A DNA stretch of 48,134 nt from an uncultured Peptococcaceae bacterium (GTDB lineage Bacteria; Bacillota; Dehalobacteriia; UBA4068; UBA4997): NCBI GenBank assembly GCA_947647555.1, contig CANSKT010000005.1, forward strand, positions 1 through 48,134, given 5' to 3'. A program made the translations under genes and the position numbers. A model generated the notes under the pieces. That model did no database searches. It had not been told where the DNA came from and saw only the letters and a list, made by a program, of their open reading frames with translations. Shown here piece by piece: positions 35,868-44,709 of the stretch (the first letter of the stretch is position 1; each line of letters opens with the position of its first letter).

Positions 35868-37365
35868 TTTAATTACTTTGCCTATCATTATCCCGATGTT
35901 GACTGCCATTATCTGTATGTTTTTACATGGTCGGGATATCAGATTGCAAAGAGTTGTGGCTGGTATTTCTGCCCTGGTATCTTTGGGCGTGGGAGTCTGC
36001 ATCTTCAGCCGGGTTATAGATGGCGAAACAGTTTTGGTGTTTACGGCCTCCGGTTGGGCCGCACCTTTTGGCATTGTGCTGGCAGCAGATTTGTTATCGG
36101 CAATCATGGTAACCATGGTATCGCTGGTATCAATAGCCTGTTTGTATTTCAGCTTTGTGTCATTGGACAGCGCGCGTGAGGAGAACTATTTTTACCCGGT
36201 TTGGTTCTGCATTATGATGGGTGTTAATGGTTCATTTGTCACCGGCGATATTTTCAACCTTTACGTTATGTTTGAAATTATGCTGATGGCCAGCTACGTG
36301 CTTTGTGTTTTGGGCTGCTCGCATGGGCAGCTGCGCGAGTCCTTTAAGTATTTGATTGTTAACATGCTTTCATCTACCATTTTTGTAATCGCTCTAGCCC
36401 TGCTTTATGGTATGATGGGTACTTTGAATATGGCTGACCTTTCTGCCAAGATTGCCACATTGGAAGACCAAAGCCTGGTAACCGTCTGCGCTATGATTTT
36501 CTTCGTGGTGTTTGGCTTAAAGGGTGCGGTATTTCCGCTTTATTTCTGGCTGCCGCGTACATATGTGGAACCACCGGCGCCGATTGCGGCTATGTTTGGC
36601 GGCGTTTTGACCAAGGTTGGCGTTTACTCCATGATTAGAGTTTTTACGCTGATTTTCGTGGGCAATGTTGCTTATACGCATAATATTATTCTTATTGTAG
36701 CGGCGCTTACCATGATGTTGGGTGTTTTCGGTGCGGTTTCCCAGTTTAATTTCAAACGGATTTTGTCCATTCATATTATCAGCCAGGTTGGTTATATGAT
36801 TATGGGTTTGGGTCTTTATACCGTTTGGGGTTTGGCCGGTTCAATTCTGCATATTGTACATAACATGGTGGTTAAAACCGGTCTGTTCCTGTTCGAGGGC
36901 GCTACGGAGGAAATTACCGGAACCGGTGAACTGAAAAATATGGGCGGTCTGCTCAGTAAATATCCCTGGCTGGGTTGGGGCTTCTTGGCAGCGGCCATGT
37001 CTTTGGCTGGCGTGCCGCCGCTTTCCGGCTTCTTTAGTAAATTTGTGCTTTTGCGTGCTTCTGTGGAGGCCGATAACTATTGGATTATGGCGGCTGCGTT
37101 GATAACCGGTTTCTTTACGCTGTTTTCCATGGTTAAGATTTTCTTTTACACATTTTGGGGCGAGCCTAAACCTTTGCCGGAAAAGGCTGCCACCATTAAT
37201 TATGGCAAGCTGCTGCCCAGCTGCTTTATGTTGGTTTTGGTTTCTGTTGGTTTGGGTGTGGCATCGCAGCCGGTTATTGAAATTGCCATGCGCGCGGCAA
37301 CTCAGCTGATGAATCCGGAAATTTATATCAATGCAGTTATGGCAGTTCCCGGTATTCGGGGCTAA
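35857..37365 (+). CDS. mrpD: Mrp antiporter subunit D
   Basis: GWAAPFGIVLAAD, TGDIFNLYVMFEIMLMASY, FPLYFWLP, LTKVGVY, GVPPLSGFFSK. Confidence 0.95.
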   Translation: MSTNLITLPIIIPMLTAIICMFLHGRDIRLQRVVAGISALVSLGVGVCIFSRVIDGETVLVFTASGWAAPFGIVLAADLLSAIMVTMVSLVSIACLYFSFVSLDSAREENYFYPVWFCIMMGVNGSFVTGDIFNLYVMFEIMLMASYVLCVLGCSHGQLRESFKYLIVNMLSSTIFVIALALLYGMMGTLNMADLSAKIATLEDQSLVTVCAMIFFVVFGLKGAVFPLYFWLPRTYVEPPAPIAAMFGGVLTKVGVYSMIRVFTLIFVGNVAYTHNIILIVAALTMMLGVFGAVSQFNFKRILSIHIISQVGYMIMGLGLYTVWGLAGSILHIVHNMVVKTGLFLFEGATEEITGTGELKNMGGLLSKYPWLGWGFLAAAMSLAGVPPLSGFFSKFVLLRASVEADNYWIMAAALITGFFTLFSMVKIFFYTFWGEPKPLPEKAATINYGKLLPSCFMLVLVSVGLGVASQPVIEIAMRAATQLMNPEIYINAVMAVPGIRG

Positions 37366-37386
37366 TTCCGGTGAGGAGGCAGTGTT

Positions 37387-37872
37387 ATGCTGGTTAAAGT
37401 AATGTTATACCTGGTGCTGGCGCTGGTTTGGGTTGGCCTTACCGGCGAGGTTACTCTGCCCGCTTTTGTTACGGGCATAATCATAGGCATCATTATTATG
37501 AAGATTTACGGCGAGCGCTCTCTGCGCAGTCTGCAAATCAATGTGCGTCATATTTGGCCGCTGATACAACTGTTTTTCATTTTTGCCTATGAACTTTTGG
37601 TTGCTAATCTGACCGTTTTGGTGAAAGTTTTCTCGCCCAAGCTGAATATCAAGCCGGGCATTATTAAAGTTCCGATTGATATTGAGGGGCCGTTCTGGAT
37701 TACTACTCTGGCTAATATGGTGACTTTAACGCCGGGCACATTGACGGTGGAGGTTTCTGCTGACAATAAATTTTTCTATGTGCATTGCTTGAATATTGAT
37801 AATGAAGCAAGCGTTATTTCCAGCATTAAGGATACCTTTGAGAAGAAGATTTTGGAGGTGTATAAACCGTGA
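37387..37872 (+). CDS. mrpE: Mrp antiporter subunit E
   Basis: ELLVANL, PGII, LANMVTLTPGTL, YVHCL, FEKKI. Confidence 0.94.
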   Translation: MLVKVMLYLVLALVWVGLTGEVTLPAFVTGIIIGIIIMKIYGERSLRSLQINVRHIWPLIQLFFIFAYELLVANLTVLVKVFSPKLNIKPGIIKVPIDIEGPFWITTLANMVTLTPGTLTVEVSADNKFFYVHCLNIDNEASVISSIKDTFEKKILEVYKP

Positions 37873-38354
37873 GCTGGCTTAGAATTCTGGCTGGTGAGGC
37901 CACAGATAATGCTTTTTTGGATAAATTGACATTTTTGCCGATTTGTCTGGATATTGCCATGGTGATTTGCGCCTTTAACTTTTTGGCTTTTCTGTTCCGC
38001 GTTTTGCGAGGGCCGGCGGTTGCTGACCGCGCCGTGGCAATGGACTCCTGCGGAACGGCCGTTATGGCTTTGATTGTAATTTATTCCATGCGCCAGGGTA
38101 CGGATTTATATATGTCCTGCGTTTTGGTAATTGCCATTTTGGGCTTTATTGGTATGGTGGCTTTGAGTAAATATATTCAAAGTGGTAACATTGTTAATAA
38201 TACCAACATTATTTTGAATGTTACAGAAGCCGAGGATTTGAAAGAGGAAGCTGACGCGGCCGAGGTTCTGCATCAGAAGATGGAGCAGGCCATTCAAAAG
38301 ACGGCAGAGAAGAATGTGCGAAATATGCGCAAACAGCTTAATCGTAAGAAATAG
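37869..38354 (+). CDS. mrpF: Mrp antiporter subunit F, with terminal extensions
   Basis: RVLRGPAVADRAVAMD, ILGFIGMVALSKY; GTG start overlaps the mrpE stop. Confidence 0.9.
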   Translation: MSWLRILAGEATDNAFLDKLTFLPICLDIAMVICAFNFLAFLFRVLRGPAVADRAVAMDSCGTAVMALIVIYSMRQGTDLYMSCVLVIAILGFIGMVALSKYIQSGNIVNNTNIILNVTEAEDLKEEADAAEVLHQKMEQAIQKTAEKNVRNMRKQLNRKK

Positions 38355-38371
38355 GCAAGGAGGGCGCAGAG

Positions 38372-38740
38372 ATGTCATTATTTTTAGAAATTATAGTTTC
38401 GCTTTTAGTTTTGGCCGGTACGCTGTTTTTGCTGGGCGGTGCGGTTGGTATTTTGCGTTTTCCTGATACATATTGCCGTATGCATGCGCTGGGCAAAGGC
38501 ACCACAATGGGCATTATCTGTTTTATGCTGGCTGCTTTTATTTATTTTGCCTGGTCGGGCGTTTCTATTTGCGTACAAAGCCTGTTGGCGCTGTTGTTCA
38601 TTGCCATATCCTCGCCGGTTGGCGGTCATATGATTTCCAAAGCAGCTTATCATTATGGCGTACCGCTTTGGAAAGGTTCTGTGCGTGATGATTTGCAGGC
38701 TGACTGCGAATTTATTCGTGAGGATAAAGCAGATTATTAA
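38372..38740 (+). CDS. mrpG: Mrp antiporter subunit G
   Basis: GILRFPDTYCRMHALGK, SPVGGHMISKAAY. Confidence 0.94.
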   Translation: MSLFLEIIVSLLVLAGTLFLLGGAVGILRFPDTYCRMHALGKGTTMGIICFMLAAFIYFAWSGVSICVQSLLALLFIAISSPVGGHMISKAAYHYGVPLWKGSVRDDLQADCEFIREDKADY

Positions 38741-38742
38741 AC

Positions 38743-39105
38743 ATGTTCAATTTATTTATGCTGCCGCTGGTGATTTTTCTGGCTTACGTTCTTATCACCA
38801 GAAACAAATATCAAAACCGAAAGGGCGCTGGCGCTTTCTTCTTTGAAGATGATAAAATGGTGCTTAATTCCGCCTTGCCTTATCCGATATCCATTGGCGA
38901 TATTGACCATGTGGAATTGAAATATAATTCCTGGGAATTGAAGCAAACAATGTCTTACAACATGTTTATTAAGGTTGTAAGAAAAAACAATAAAAGCAAA
39001 ACGGTATTTTATCGGGGTTATGGCACGGCGAAGCTGGCCTATCCGGCAGATATGGCGGCCGCTCTGGAAGCCCGGGGCGTGCGTTGCCTGTTAATAGACG
39101 GTTAA
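38743..39105 (+). CDS. Hypothetical single-TM protein at the end of the mrp operon
   Basis: Starts 2 nt after the mrpG stop; N-terminal hydrophobic helix and beta-rich soluble part; followed by a terminator. Confidence 0.7.
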   Translation: MFNLFMLPLVIFLAYVLITRNKYQNRKGAGAFFFEDDKMVLNSALPYPISIGDIDHVELKYNSWELKQTMSYNMFIKVVRKNNKSKTVFYRGYGTAKLAYPADMAAALEARGVRCLLIDG

Positions 39106-39137
39106 AAAACTGCGTTTCATATTGAAGCAGTTTTTTT
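39104..39137. terminator. Terminator ending the mrp operon and lysE
   Basis: AAAAAACTGC ... GCAGTTTTTT. Confidence 0.7.
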
Positions 39138-39174
39138 ATGAACACATAGCGAATGGCAGGTTATAATTATAGAA

Positions 39175-39765
39175 TTAAATAAGTATTTGAATGGCGCAGA
39201 TAACCAGAATTGCGGCCATAGCCAAATTGAATGGACGGAAATATTTTCTGATAAAGTTTTGCAGCAGGCCGCCGGCCAGACCCCAGGTTAAAAAGCCGCT
39301 GGCGCCAATCAAGGTTAAAATCAGCGCATTGCCGGCGGCGAAAAGCGGATTTTTGCTGACCGGCAGAACATAGGCGGAAAAAACCGTAAGGCCGTACATA
39401 TAAATTTTGACATTGATGAACTGTAAAGCCATGCCTTGCAGGAATGAAGCCTGACGTCCGGCTGCATTATCCGGCTGGCTTTTGGCGATATGCCAGGCCA
39501 ACCAGAGGATATAGGCGGCGCCAAGGTAGGTTAAGATAGTGGTAATGCCAGGCAAAAACTGCGCCAGTCCCCAGCAGAAAATTCCGCAGATACTCATTAC
39601 GCAAAGGAAACCAACGGCGATGCCATAAAGCACTTTTTTTCCCTCATGCCAGCTGTTTTGGGCAATGGCGTGCAGGGATAGAATGTTATTGGGGCCGGGA
39701 GTGAAAGCGGCAACCGCGGCATAGGGCAGATAGGCGAGGACGGTGGGAAGTAAAATTTCTAACAT
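39175..39765 (-). CDS. LysE-family amino acid exporter (EamB-like)
   Basis: FTPGPNN, GAAYILWLAW, FLQGMALQFINVK; divergent from a LysR regulator. Confidence 0.9.
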   Translation of the reverse strand: MLEILLPTVLAYLPYAAVAAFTPGPNNILSLHAIAQNSWHEGKKVLYGIAVGFLCVMSICGIFCWGLAQFLPGITTILTYLGAAYILWLAWHIAKSQPDNAAGRQASFLQGMALQFINVKIYMYGLTVFSAYVLPVSKNPLFAAGNALILTLIGASGFLTWGLAGGLLQNFIRKYFRPFNLAMAAILVICAIQILI

Positions 39766-39917
39766 GATTTAATCTCCTTGGCAAAATATTATTTGAAAAA
39801 TATTGCAATATGTTTTCTTATATAGTATAATACTGCAAAATAATACTTTTGTCAAATTAATGCTTTTTAATTAATGTATCAAAAAGTTTTAAGTATTGGT
39901 GTTTGCGGAGGTGAACT

Positions 39918-40871
39918 ATGGAGTTAAAGTATCTGGAAACATTTCAGCGTATTGTGCAGGAGGGCGGTTTTGCCAAAGCTGCCGCCAGTTTAAATTATAC
40001 TCAATCGGCGATAACTTTTCAGGTGGCCCAGCTGGAGCAGGAACTTGGCACGCAGCTTTTTGAAAAGGTGGGGCGGCGTATGGTTCTGACTAAAGCTGGC
40101 GAGCAGTTGCTGCCTTATGTTAAAGGGGTTATGGAAGCTTTGGAGCGCATGCAGAATTTTCAGGCGGATTTACGGGAATGTCGTGGGGATTTGCAGATTG
40201 GGCTGGGTGAAACCTTGCTTTGCTATAAAATGCCGCCTGTTTTGCGTGAGTTTCATCGCCGTGCGCCGCAGGCTCGACTTTTTTTGCGCTCCATGAATTG
40301 TTACAGTATTCGCGATGAACTTTTGCAGGGCAGTTTGGATTTGGGGCTTTTTTATGATGATGTTGGCGGTTTTGGCAATAATTTGCTGTCCCTGCCTTTG
40401 GGGGCTTATCCGTTGGCGTTGGTGGCGGCGCCGGAAGTGGCGGAGGCTTATCCTGATTTTTATACGCCGGGACAGGATTTGGCCCTGCCTTTTATTATTG
40501 ATGAACCGGATTGTATTTTTCGGCAGATATTTGAGGATTATCTGCAACGCAAACAAATTCGTCTGGGGCATACGATTGAACTTTGGAGTATTCCTACAAT
40601 TAAAAATCTGGTGATTGGTGGGCTTGGTATCAGCTTTTTGCCGCGCTTTACGGTGCAGGAGGAGTTGGCCAGCGGTCAGCTGCTGGAAATTGAGTTGGAT
40701 AAAAGCATGCTTGCCACTGAACGAATTAATGCGGTCTGCGCCAGACATAAAAATAAGTGGGTAAGCCCACTTATTTTTATGTCTGGCGCAGACCGCATTT
40801 TAGTAAATTATAAAACCGCCGTTTGGGCTGATAACCTGACCGGTGATAAATTTACTTTCCGGGGAGATTAA
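39918..40871 (+). CDS. LysR-family transcriptional regulator with an aberrant C-terminus
   Basis: HTH GGFAKAAASLNYTQSAITFQVAQLEQELGTQLFEK..LTKAG. After HKNKWVSPL the frame runs through an inverted duplication and overlaps the convergent gene by 72 nt. Confidence 0.9.
   Translation: MELKYLETFQRIVQEGGFAKAAASLNYTQSAITFQVAQLEQELGTQLFEKVGRRMVLTKAGEQLLPYVKGVMEALERMQNFQADLRECRGDLQIGLGETLLCYKMPPVLREFHRRAPQARLFLRSMNCYSIRDELLQGSLDLGLFYDDVGGFGNNLLSLPLGAYPLALVAAPEVAEAYPDFYTPGQDLALPFIIDEPDCIFRQIFEDYLQRKQIRLGHTIELWSIPTIKNLVIGGLGISFLPRFTVQEELASGQLLEIELDKSMLATERINAVCARHKNKWVSPLIFMSGADRILVNYKTAVWADNLTGDKFTFRGD
40728..40799. repeat. Perfect 34-bp inverted repeat with a 4-nt loop
   Basis: AATGCGGTCTGCGCCAGACATAAAAATAAGTGGG-TAAG-CCCACTTATTTTTATGTCTGGCGCAGACCGCATT. 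Confidence 0.97.
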
Positions 40872-41534
40872 CCAGGATACGGCCGCGGCGATATCTTCCG
40901 GCTGACCCAAACAGCCCAGCGCCGTTTCTTCTTTTAGGGCGGTAATTTCCTCCGGGTTGAGCCGGCTGTTCATTTCCGTGTCGATAACGCCGGGGGCGAC
41001 GCAGTTAACGCGGATTTGCGAGGGGCCAAGTTCTTTGGCTAACGCTTTGCTTAAGGCAATCAGCGCGCCCTTGCTGGCAGAATAAGCGGCCTCACAGCTG
41101 GCCCCCACCAACCCCCAGATTGAAGCAATATTGATGATAACGCCGTTTTTCTGGTGTATCATGTGCGGCAGTGCGGCCTGAATACAGTTAAACGCGCCGT
41201 CTACATTGACCGCAAAAATGCGCCGCCATTCGGCTGGGGTGATATCGGTGAGCAGGCCGAAATGTCCAATGCCGGCATTGTTGATGAGGATATCCACGCC
41301 GCCAAAATGGCTTTGTGTCTGGGCGAAAAGTTGGGCGACGGCTTCCGGTTGGCTGATATCGGCCGGCAGAGCCAGCGCCTGACCGCCGTTTTGTTGAATT
41401 TGTTGGCAGACTTGGGCGGCTTTATCGGCCTGCTGCTGATAGTTGACGATAACGCGGCAGCCGTCTGCCGCCAAACGCAGGGCAATAGCCTTGCCGATAC
41501 CGCGGCTGGCTCCGGTTACTAATGCAGTGGGCAT
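40800..41534 (-). CDS. FabG-like short-chain dehydrogenase, YmfI (EF-P 5-aminopentanone reductase)-like
   Basis: TGASRGIG, NNAG, YxxxK (YSASK), SIWGLVGASCE typical of the YmfI subgroup, FITGQVISPNGG. Confidence 0.88.
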   Translation of the reverse strand: MPTALVTGASRGIGKAIALRLAADGCRVIVNYQQQADKAAQVCQQIQQNGGQALALPADISQPEAVAQLFAQTQSHFGGVDILINNAGIGHFGLLTDITPAEWRRIFAVNVDGAFNCIQAALPHMIHQKNGVIINIASIWGLVGASCEAAYSASKGALIALSKALAKELGPSQIRVNCVAPGVIDTEMNSRLNPEEITALKEETALGCLGQPEDIAAAVSWLISPESKFITGQVISPNGGFIIY

Positions 41535-41540
41535 AAAATG

Positions 41541-42305
41541 TTACCTCCCTGGTGTTGGTTGGTCTGGCGCCGGCCAACGCCTGTTAAAGTATAATAAAAG
41601 CAGACCGGCTGCAATGCCGATAATGCTGATAACCTGCGCCATTTGCAGAGGGCCGAGCATCAGGCTGTCCGTGCGGAAATGCTCAATGCAGAAGCGGCCA
41701 CAGGAATAGAAGATAAGATAGCAGGCCGCGATATCGCCGGTTTGCCGCAGGGCGCGCGGACGACGCAGGGTTAAAAACAGCAGCAGGCCAAAGCCCAGCG
41801 CGTCCCAGATACTTTCATAGAGGAAGGTGGGGTGGCGATATGCGCCGTCAATGAACATGGCCCAGGGCAAATCGGTTTCATAACCGTAGGCCTCCTGATT
41901 GAAAAAATTACCCCAGCGGCCGATGGCCTGCGCCAGAATAAGGCCGGGGGTGATGATATCAGCCCAGAGCCGAAACGGCACATTCTGTTTGCGCGACATG
42001 ATGAACAGCACCAGCGCGCCGGCCAGTATGGCTCCGTGAATGGCCAGTCCGCCATGCCAGATGGCGATGATTTTTTCCGGGTTATGGCTGTAATAGGGCC
42101 AGTTGAAAGCGACGTAATAGAGCCGCGCGCCTACCAGACCCAGCGGTACGGCGGCCAGCGCCAAATCCAGCAGGTAATCGAAGCTGATTTGGTGGCGAAG
42201 CGCCAGTCGCCAGCTGATAAATACCGCCAGAATAATGCCGCTGACAATTAAAATGCCGTACCAGCGCACGGTGAGCGGCCCGATTGTAAAAGCTATTGCT
42301 GACAT
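41541..42305 (-). CDS. lgt: Prolipoprotein diacylglyceryl transferase
   Basis: VRWYG, GARLYYV, IWHGGLAIHG, QAIGRWGNFFNQEAYG, HPTFLYES, EHFRTD. Confidence 0.97.
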   Translation of the reverse strand: MSAIAFTIGPLTVRWYGILIVSGIILAVFISWRLALRHQISFDYLLDLALAAVPLGLVGARLYYVAFNWPYYSHNPEKIIAIWHGGLAIHGAILAGALVLFIMSRKQNVPFRLWADIITPGLILAQAIGRWGNFFNQEAYGYETDLPWAMFIDGAYRHPTFLYESIWDALGFGLLLFLTLRRPRALRQTGDIAACYLIFYSCGRFCIEHFRTDSLMLGPLQMAQVISIIGIAAGLLLLYFNRRWPAPDQPTPGR

Positions 42306-42443
42306 GCTAATCCTCCTTGTTTATCCTTTTATTTTAGCTTAAAAAAAGCAATTTGTCCATGTTTTTTTTATGAAAAATGACGGCGGCCGGGGCATAATCC
42401 GGCGGAAAATGGGGATATATATTGTTAGGTTAGAAAAAAGGAA

Positions 42444-43244
42444 GTGTGTGGCTTGAAGCTGATTTTACGAGCGGCGGCTTTGACTGCCGGGATTTTTTTC
42501 TGGGCAAATGCCGGCGTGCCGGCAACAGCGCAGACGGCTCCGGCTGATTTTTACAGGCAGGCGGAGGCTGGCTGGCGGTTGTATGTGGCGCAGCCGGGCG
42601 ATAATTTTTTAATATTGGGGCGGCGTTTGGGCTATGCGCCGGAACTTTTGGCGGCTTTAAATAATCTTTCGGCCGGTTATTGCTGTCAGGGCGGTGAAAA
42701 TTTGCGCCTGCCGCAGGGTTTGCCTTTTGATGAGGTTTGGCTTGACGACGCTGACCGCAGTACGACGGCGGACGGCGCCGGGCGGCGTTTGGCCAGCCGC
42801 GGCGGTGTGAATGGAGCGGATAGTAGGGCGCTTTTAAGCGGCCAGAAAACATGGGCGGCTCCTCTGCTGGTTAAAGGCACGGTTACCTCTGCTTTTGGCA
42901 GCAGCCGCAGCAGCACCGGGCCGCATCATGGTTTGGATATTGCCGTGCCTAAGGGAACGCCGATTTTGGCGGCGCATGGCGGTACGGTTTTGGAGGCCGG
43001 CTGGAAGAATGATGTTTATGGTTATGCCGTGGTTTTGGAGCATGGCAACGGTTGGCAGACGCTTTATGCGCATTGCAGTCAGGTTTTGGTGACGCCGGGG
43101 CAGCAGGTGCGTCAGGGGGAGCGGATTGCGCTGGTTGGCTCCACCGGCAACAGCACCGGGCCGCATTTGCATTTGGAATTGCACAAGGACGGTGCGTTTT
43201 TGAACCCGGCGGATTTTTTTACCGGGCTGCTGCTTGAGGTTTAA
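42444..43244 (+). CDS. LysM plus M23 family peptidase
   Basis: Signal peptide; LysM-like YVAQPGDN..LAALNNL..GENLRLP; HHGLD, TLYAHCS, STGPHLHLE. True start may be TTG 42453. Confidence 0.9.
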   Translation: MCGLKLILRAAALTAGIFFWANAGVPATAQTAPADFYRQAEAGWRLYVAQPGDNFLILGRRLGYAPELLAALNNLSAGYCCQGGENLRLPQGLPFDEVWLDDADRSTTADGAGRRLASRGGVNGADSRALLSGQKTWAAPLLVKGTVTSAFGSSRSSTGPHHGLDIAVPKGTPILAAHGGTVLEAGWKNDVYGYAVVLEHGNGWQTLYAHCSQVLVTPGQQVRQGERIALVGSTGNSTGPHLHLELHKDGAFLNPADFFTGLLLEV

Positions 43245-43268
43245 GCGGCAAATTGATTTTATTAATAG

Positions 43269-43297
43269 AAAAAACCGGCTGGGTGGCCGGTTTTTTT
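43269..43297. terminator. Bidirectional terminator
   Basis: AAAAAACCGGC ... GCCGGTTTTTTT. Confidence 0.88.
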
Positions 43298-43301
43298 GTT
43301 G

Positions 43302-44510
43302 TTATTTTTGGAAGTATTTTTTCAAACGCTCGGCTGCTTCCTGCGTGTCTTGCAGACTGCCAAAGGCTGTCAGGCGGAAATAGCCCTCTCCCTGCTGGCC
43401 GAAGCCGGAACCGGGGGTGCCGATGATGTTCAGTTCGTTTAACAGCAGGTCAAAGAACTGCCATGAGGTTTGGCCGGCCGGCGTTTTCAGCCAGATATAG
43501 GGGGAGTTTTCACCGCCGGTGCAGCTGAAGCCCAGATTCAGCAGGGTATCGCGGATAATTTTGGCGTTTTGCAGGTAATGGTTGATGACCTGTTTAACCT
43601 GCGCCTGCCCCTCTGGGGTGTAGATGGCGGCCGCGCCGCGCTGAACGATATAGGGAACGCCGTTGAATTTGGTGCTTTGGCGGCGGAACCAGAGGGCGTT
43701 CAGGCTGGTTTCAGCAGCGGCGCCGTCTGGGTTTTGGCCGCGCAAGGCCTGGGGAACGACTGTCCAGGCGCAGCGAGTGCCGGTGAAGCCGGCTGTTTTG
43801 GAGAAGCTGCAAAATTCGATTGCACATTCCTGCGCGCCGGGGATTTCATAAATGGACTGCGGCAGGGAGGGGTCTGTGATGAACGCTTTATAGGCGGCGT
43901 CATAGAGGATAATGGCCTGATGTTCCCGGGCGTAGTTTACCCAAGCGGTTAACTGCTCTTTGGTGAAAACCGCGCCGGTGGGGTTGTTGGGCGAGCAGAG
44001 GCAGATTAAATCAGCGTGCCAGTCCGGCGGCTCCGGGCAGAAGCCGGTTGCTTCTGTGCAGGGCAGAGTGCGCACCTGTCGGCCGGCCATAATGTTGGTG
44101 TCGATGTAAACGGGATAGACGGGGTCTGAGACGGCTACCACGTTGGCGGCGCTGAAAATATCACCGATATTGCCGGAATCGCTTTTGCTGCCGTCGCTGA
44201 CAAAGATTTCAGAGGGTTGCAGCTGTACGCTGCGTGGGGCGTAATCATTTTGCAAAATGGCGTTAATCAGAAAATCATAGCCCTCATAGGGGCCATAGCC
44301 GCGAAAGGTTTCTGCGGCCCCCATTTCCTGCACGGCCTGCTGCATGGCCTGCACTACTGCCGGGCAAAGCGGCTGGGTGACGTCGCCGATGCCCAGACTA
44401 ATCAGCTTTGCCTGGGGGTGGGCCTTTTGATACTGCGTCCGTTTATCGGCAATTTCTGCAAAGAGATAGCTTTCGGCCAGTTTGTTAAAATTGTCATTAA
44501 TATAAACCAT
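43302..44510 (-). CDS. dapL: LL-diaminopimelate aminotransferase
   Basis: SYLF, LGIGDVTQP, GYGPYEG, FVSDGSKSD, DPVYPVY, PNNPTG, SFSKTAGFTGTRC, RRQSTKFNG, TPGSGFG, YFRLTAF. Confidence 0.96.
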   Translation of the reverse strand: MVYINDNFNKLAESYLFAEIADKRTQYQKAHPQAKLISLGIGDVTQPLCPAVVQAMQQAVQEMGAAETFRGYGPYEGYDFLINAILQNDYAPRSVQLQPSEIFVSDGSKSDSGNIGDIFSAANVVAVSDPVYPVYIDTNIMAGRQVRTLPCTEATGFCPEPPDWHADLICLCSPNNPTGAVFTKEQLTAWVNYAREHQAIILYDAAYKAFITDPSLPQSIYEIPGAQECAIEFCSFSKTAGFTGTRCAWTVVPQALRGQNPDGAAAETSLNALWFRRQSTKFNGVPYIVQRGAAAIYTPEGQAQVKQVINHYLQNAKIIRDTLLNLGFSCTGGENSPYIWLKTPAGQTSWQFFDLLLNELNIIGTPGSGFGQQGEGYFRLTAFGSLQDTQEAAERLKKYFQK

Positions 44511-44644
44511 TTTTTGATTTTTTCCTTTCTGTAATAATCTGTTTTGACGTGCATAATCTTAATCTATATTATTATAGAAGATTGCGGCTGGATATGCAAG
44601 CTATACCGCTTTTGTATTCAGAATTTTTTCATTAATTTAAGATA

Positions 44645-44673
44645 TTGACAAGCCAGGAAAAGATTAGTAAAAT
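44645..44673 (+). promoter_or_regulatory. SigA promoter of the SLH protein gene
   Basis: TTGACA - 17 nt - TAAAAT; SD GAGGAGG downstream. Confidence 0.8.
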
Positions 44674-44709
44674 ATAAATTAACATGAATTAAGAGGAGGT
44701 TTATCTTTA

